From positions 307,242 to 339,858 of the forward strand of contig WELB01000012.1 in the NCBI GenBank assembly GCA_009602725.1: DNA of 32,617 bases, written 5' to 3'. The DNA comes from Spirogloea muscicola. Its lineage: Eukaryota. Shown piece after piece: positions 30,493 through 32,617 of the stretch (within the stretch, counting starts at the first letter, position 1; every line of letters starts with the position of its first letter). Made by a program: the position numbers and the translations under genes. Below the pieces are notes generated by a model that did not search any database, was not told the origin of the DNA, and saw only the letters and a program-made list of their open reading frames with translations.

Positions 30493-31764
30493 TGGACGAC
30501 ACAATTTTGACATGTTGTGACTCCATGCAATGTAGGCAACCCTCCTCGTGTGTCTAGGTCGAAGTGTATTGTACATTGAACACAGTATACTATTGCCTCC
30601 ATGGTGGTCGCCACCAGGGTTGCTGCGCAAGCCTGGAAGTGCACCTGTGGTATCTAGGTAGAAGTGAAATGGTTGGAGATTGCCAGCAAGGGTGTAGGCC
30701 AATCTTTTCTTAGTGAGCGATATGATGCAAATGCAATGCAAGCAATGCAGCACGGAACATGGCTTGTGGTCAGCTTTAGAGTACAGGATATGTTGATTAC
30801 ATTCTGAACCTCTATCTACTTCGGCAGATTTGCAGGCCCTAGAGACTAGCACATCTGCTACTGGCATTCTTGTCATCTTCGTCTTGATCAGGTTTAGCTA
30901 CCAGGTTTTGTGAAGCTGGCACTTGTACAGTCTCTCGATACCTGGTTACTTAAAGAATATCTGGTGTATTTAGACACCTGCTTGTGCTTTTTTTGGTGTT
31001 CTGTGACCATCAGACGTTATGGAAGTCCGAAATGTGATCTAGCAGAGTTGCCAAAGCGGGCGTTGTCATCGAGGATCCATTTCTCAATTGCTGAGAGTCA
31101 TCTATTATTCCATAGAATCTTGAATACAAGGCCGTAGTGCAACACACACAAGTTCCTTCAGGGTGGTGGGCCTACCCTCACGGTCGGTCGTCCAAGCGGA
31201 CAAGACCTTATCACCTTGGCCTACTTGTGCCCTGATTGCACCGCTCTAAGTTGGCAACACAGGTTGCAAATTAAAAAAGTCGGTGGCATGTAATCATTGG
31301 GTCTGGAACAGAATGTCTGAAGTCCACTCCTCCAGAGAACAAGTTGTCAACCTTTAGTGAAACAAGATTCCACGTAGTTTAAGCCATGATACAGCTTACA
31401 CTGAAGCCTAGGACATTCGGATTGCATACGAGAGTGTCCTGGTCTCAAAGCATCTGAAAATGTCCTGGTCTTGAAATGAATATCCAAACCAGATTTAACC
31501 AAAATCAAGCAATAAGTATCGCTCGTGTATCTGATTATGCATTTATGTAAAGAATAACCACATGGCTTTTGCTAAGTATATCACAAAATGTTGTCGTTAT
31601 GATAATTTCCGCTCAATGACCACTGGGTCAACATCCGCAAGGCGCAGCAGGTACATCGACGACCCATCATTATCCTGAGGCGCCTCTTGCTGACGTCTTG
31701 GTGACGAGTGTCTCTTTAGCTGGCTCTTTTAGCCCTTGTACATGTCATTGGGTTGGCCTCTCAC

Positions 31765-32617
31765 AGCTCCCTTTTCAGGTGGCGCTCCGCTCAGCTCAAG
31801 ACGAGCTACTTGCGGAGCACCCTGCCCTCGCCGAGAGCGTGGTCCCGTCTGCCCACCTTGCCCACTCCTCCGACTCGCAAGCGCAGGCGCGGTACATGGC
31901 GGCAGTTGACAAGGCGTCCTTCAGGGCCACGCTGCAGCTCCTCCCTCCCACAGACGTGCGAGGCCATGCTCGGCTGCTGTCGGCCGCCTCCCCTGGCGCG
32001 GCAGCCTGGCTGTCCGCGCTCCCCCTGTACGACGCCCTCAGGATGCCGGACGAACTCTTCCGTACGGCCACCCATCGCCTGTTGGGTCTTCCCCCGCTTG
32101 GCGTGCTGCAGTGTGAGTGTGGGGAGCGGTCGACGGACCCGGCGGAGCTAGCGGCGCATATCCTTCGCTGCGCCACTGGCGGCGAGCGCACAGCCGCTCA
32201 CGACCTCCTCCGCGACGGTATGTTCGGCATCTTTCAGGAGGCCGGATACACAGTTGCAATGGAGAATACTTCTGTCATGCCCATCCTCCAGAGGGCCGAC
32301 GGACTCCACACGCGCCGCGTCGACCTGGTGACGTCCACGACGGGCGGTGGCGGGCGCATCATTGCCGATGTGGTCACCACTGATGTGGTCGACCGCTCCA
32401 ACCCGGGGCTTTCTGCCTCGCGGGCTGGCCACGCTGCGGCAAAGGCCGCTCGCAGCAAGGCGGCCAAACACGCCGACCACCCGGCTGCCGACGAGTTCGT
32501 CCCCCTGGCTGTGGACGTGCATGGGGCTCTCGGATCCCACTGGCTCGACCTGTTGGCCAGGCTTGCACGGCGCGCTGTGTCCCGCAGGCGCGGTGAGCCG
32601 GCTGACTTCAACGCCGC
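31765..32617 (+). mobile_element. 5'-truncated CRE-clade-like non-LTR retrotransposon with zinc knuckle and restriction-like endonuclease; runs off the window
   Basis: Stop-free frame absent from the ORF track: LPFQVALRSAQDELL...HARLLSAASPGAAAWLSALP...FRTATHRLLGLP...QCECG...HILRC...ERTAAHDLLRD...RRVDLV...IIADVVTTD...AARSKAAKH...FVPLAVDVHGALG. This gives the CCHC knuckle and the RLE D...D...K pattern. Confidence 0.9.

Noticed and set aside
30310..30876. 188-aa minus-strand ORF
   Set aside because: Antisense to the PWP1 last exon and 3' UTR; no recognisable protein features

Overview
Eukaryotic nuclear DNA with short spliceosomal introns and very GC-rich gene starts. The proteins are land-plant-like, so a streptophyte green alga is the likely source (inference). 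Genes rebuilt exon by exon by hand: CK2 beta (+), Peter Pan/Ssf1 (-), a plant-conserved small uncharacterised protein (-), a plant metallo-beta-lactamase-fold protein (-), a weak hypothetical gene (-), MAF1 (+), an oil-body-associated DUF1264 protein (-) and PWP1 (+). Intergenic regions and two introns carry many 3'-terminal remnants of CRE-like (restriction-like endonuclease) non-LTR retrotransposons, including a 48-bp unit with 12-bp target-site duplications; a longer CRE copy runs off the right end. The most striking feature is a fully paired class-II tRNA-like cloverleaf with a non-canonical anticodon loop. It lies on the sense strand of the longest intron of MAF1, the RNA polymerase III repressor, inside a candidate stop-containing cassette exon, and may be a tRNA-mimic feedback element. 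Also noted: a probable U12 intron, an excess of GC-AG introns, uORFs before CK2B and MAF1, a duplicated MAF1 last exon, and ABRE/CE3-like motifs upstream of the OBAP gene. Four single Ns mark assembly junctions. All alignments were done by eye; no searches were run.
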